From the NCBI GenBank assembly GCA_013166775.1, contig JABLTJ010000001.1, positions 130,237-194,236 on the forward strand: 64,000 nt of DNA, in the 5' to 3' direction. Source of the stretch: Promethearchaeati archaeon (GTDB lineage Archaea; Asgardarchaeota; Heimdallarchaeia; Heimdallarchaeales; Heimdallarchaeaceae). The translations under genes and the position numbers were made by a program. Position 1 is the first letter of the stretch, and each line of letters opens with the position of its first letter. Below, in pieces: positions 62,362 through 64,000 of this stretch. The notes beneath the pieces were generated by a model. That model saw only the letters and a list, made by a program, of their open reading frames with translations, made no database searches and was not told the DNA's origin.

Positions 62362-63573
62362 ATGAAATCTATGTTAGATTCGATAAAATATATATCTGAT
62401 AATTTTGGACCTCGAATAGCGGGTTCAGAAGCTGATCATAAAGCTATTGAATACATTGAACAGCAATTTAGATCATTCTCCTCTGATGTTGAACTAGAAT
62501 CTTTCCCTGTTGTAGGTAGATCTCTACAATATTTGATACAATTTCTAGTTTGGGGATATTTCATCTCTACAGTCTTTTACTTTATCTTACCACCATTAGC
62601 AATTTTTATATCGATTTTAATGTTGTTAATTTATTATCTAGCTAGATTTCGAGATAAGAACTTAGTTAATATGCTTGTGAAGAAGTCACAAAGTAAAAAT
62701 GTAATAGCTAAATTTTCTCCAACTGATAAAAAGAAAAAATTGCTTATTTTTTCAGGGCATCATGATTCAGCATTTCATATGCCTCTTTTTGAAAAGAATG
62801 TTGCGAAAGTTGATTTAATCCAAAATGGTGCAATCTTGGGTATTGTATTTCTACTTGTATCAGGAATATGGAAATCAATCGCATTCTTTCTACCTTCCGC
62901 GGGGATAGTTGAACTCTTTAGTTATAATGTTGGAGTGATTTCTATATCCTGGTGGATTTTGCCTGATATTCTTTTCATACCTGCGCTTTTTGGATTAATA
63001 TTGGCATTTTATTTCTTATCGAATATGGTTACAAAAACACCTTTGATAGGTGCAAATGATAATTTGACTTCAGTTTCAATGCTGATAGCAATAGGGAATT
63101 ATCTAAAAGAGAATCCTCCAAAAAACTTGGAGGTAAGATTAATATCGTTCGGTGGAGAAGAACCGGGATTGGTCGGAAGTACTCATTATGTCAATAAACG
63201 ATTAAATGAACTAAATGATGTGATCAATATTAATTACGAGGTTTTAGGACGCGGAACCCTAGGTATTATTTCCAAGGAGAGAGATAATAATGTGATACAT
63301 GATGAAGAATTGGTTGTTTTCATCCAAGAAGTAGGAAAGAAATTAGAAATGGAATTGCGAGCAATTCAAATACATTATGGCAATACAGATGCAGGAAGCT
63401 TCTCCAAGAGAGGATTCAAAGGAGCAACTATTGCTTGTTATGGGAAAAATAATGTTTTTGATCTGTGGCATTCAACAGAAGATACAGATGAAAATGTGGA
63501 TGAAAAGCTTCTGCAAGAAGCCTATAAACTAACTATTGCAATTATCAAAGAAATGGAAACAGGTGCGTTTTAG
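62362..63573 (+). CDS. M28-family metallopeptidase with membrane-spanning insertions
   Basis: Zinc-ligand motifs GHHDSA, GANDNLTSVS, FGGEEPGLVGS and H near the C-terminus (WHSTEDT). Hydrophobic helices are inserted after residue ~55 and between the HHD and NDN motifs. Confidence 0.8.
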   Translation: MKSMLDSIKYISDNFGPRIAGSEADHKAIEYIEQQFRSFSSDVELESFPVVGRSLQYLIQFLVWGYFISTVFYFILPPLAIFISILMLLIYYLARFRDKNLVNMLVKKSQSKNVIAKFSPTDKKKKLLIFSGHHDSAFHMPLFEKNVAKVDLIQNGAILGIVFLLVSGIWKSIAFFLPSAGIVELFSYNVGVISISWWILPDILFIPALFGLILAFYFLSNMVTKTPLIGANDNLTSVSMLIAIGNYLKENPPKNLEVRLISFGGEEPGLVGSTHYVNKRLNELNDVININYEVLGRGTLGIISKERDNNVIHDEELVVFIQEVGKKLEMELRAIQIHYGNTDAGSFSKRGFKGATIACYGKNNVFDLWHSTEDTDENVDEKLLQEAYKLTIAIIKEMETGAF

Positions 63574-63980
63574 CAATAACATGGTTCTTGAACATATATT
63601 GTGATTGTTTTATCGTTGCAATGAACAGTCCAATTTCCTGGGAGAGGAAAAATTATTTGAAATAAATAATTCATATGATAGAAAATTCCAGGACAGATGA
63701 CTCTTCTCAGTAATTTAGATTTTATAGTAATAAGAACCGTGTATTCCTGCTTTTCAGAAATCTCCACAACAGGTGTTTTCATGCGATAACATCCACTAGT
63801 TCTAGCAGAAACATTTAGCGTCCATTCTTCTCCTGCTGTAGGATTGAGCTCATATGAGATTATTGTAACAGGAGGATAGTAGATGTTACTATAGTGAAAA
63901 TATAGAGGAAGACCTACAGAAAACGAGACTATGATTGCAGCTGTAACAGCTGTAGTAATAATGAGATTTTTACGATTCAC
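63570..63980 (-). CDS. N-terminally anchored small extracytoplasmic protein
   Basis: N-terminal LIITTAVTAAIIVSFSVGL, beta-rich remainder with four Cys. Its end overlaps the M28 gene stop region. Confidence 0.5.
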   Translation of the reverse strand: MNRKNLIITTAVTAAIIVSFSVGLPLYFHYSNIYYPPVTIISYELNPTAGEEWTLNVSARTSGCYRMKTPVVEISEKQEYTVLITIKSKLLRRVICPGIFYHMNYLFQIIFPLPGNWTVHCNDKTITIYVQEPCYC

Positions 63981-64000
63981 TTTTGTTTAATTAGTGTAGA

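Noticed and set aside
53722-64000. Defence island, prophage or CRISPR-Cas in the accessory-looking 3' part of the window
   Set aside because: I found no integrase, capsid/terminase-like proteins, cas genes, repeat-spacer array or recognisable toxin-antitoxin pairs. The only mobile-element traces are short decayed fragments.

Overview
AT-rich (about one-third G+C by eye), densely packed archaeal chromosomal segment with about 70 protein genes on both strands. I recognised no rRNA, tRNA or CRISPR array. The core is archaeal information processing. It includes TFB, IleRS, ABCE1, RFC large subunit, a Dna2-type nuclease-helicase, a RecJ/Cdc45-like protein, and endonucleases III and V. It also includes ribosomal proteins eS1, uS15, eS6, eL15 and eL43, RNase P Rpp30/Pop5, two Pcc1-like KEOPS proteins, and the conserved SBDS-Rrp4-Rrp41-Rrp42-L37Ae-Brix-Pcc1 exosome superoperon. 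Several eukaryote-like modules suggest an Asgard (Lokiarchaeia-like) origin; this is inference only. They are a UEV + coiled-coil + steadiness-box-like protein resembling ESCRT-I Vps23/TSG101, a RING-H2-like finger, and a WD40 propeller. Observations ranked highest: (1) the Dna2-type nuclease-helicase ends in a RING-H2-like zinc finger; (2) the Vps23/TSG101-like protein lies 1.4 kb from a proline-rich protein carrying a PSAP motif; (3) an unannotated 59-nt C/D-box sRNA candidate has two guides that both match conserved LSU rRNA domain V sequences; (4) two paralogous giant TrmB-HTH + coiled-coil proteins; (5) Rrp41 has a recently expanded 105-bp tandem-repeat tail; (6) an ABC ATPase is fused to an AbrB/SpoVT-like domain and a zinc ribbon. 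The last ~10 kb looks accessory: orphan EutA-like protein, GGT, APH(3')-like kinase, decayed TetR and TnpB-like fragments, and an M28 peptidase. All calls rest on reading the translations for motifs. No database search was run.
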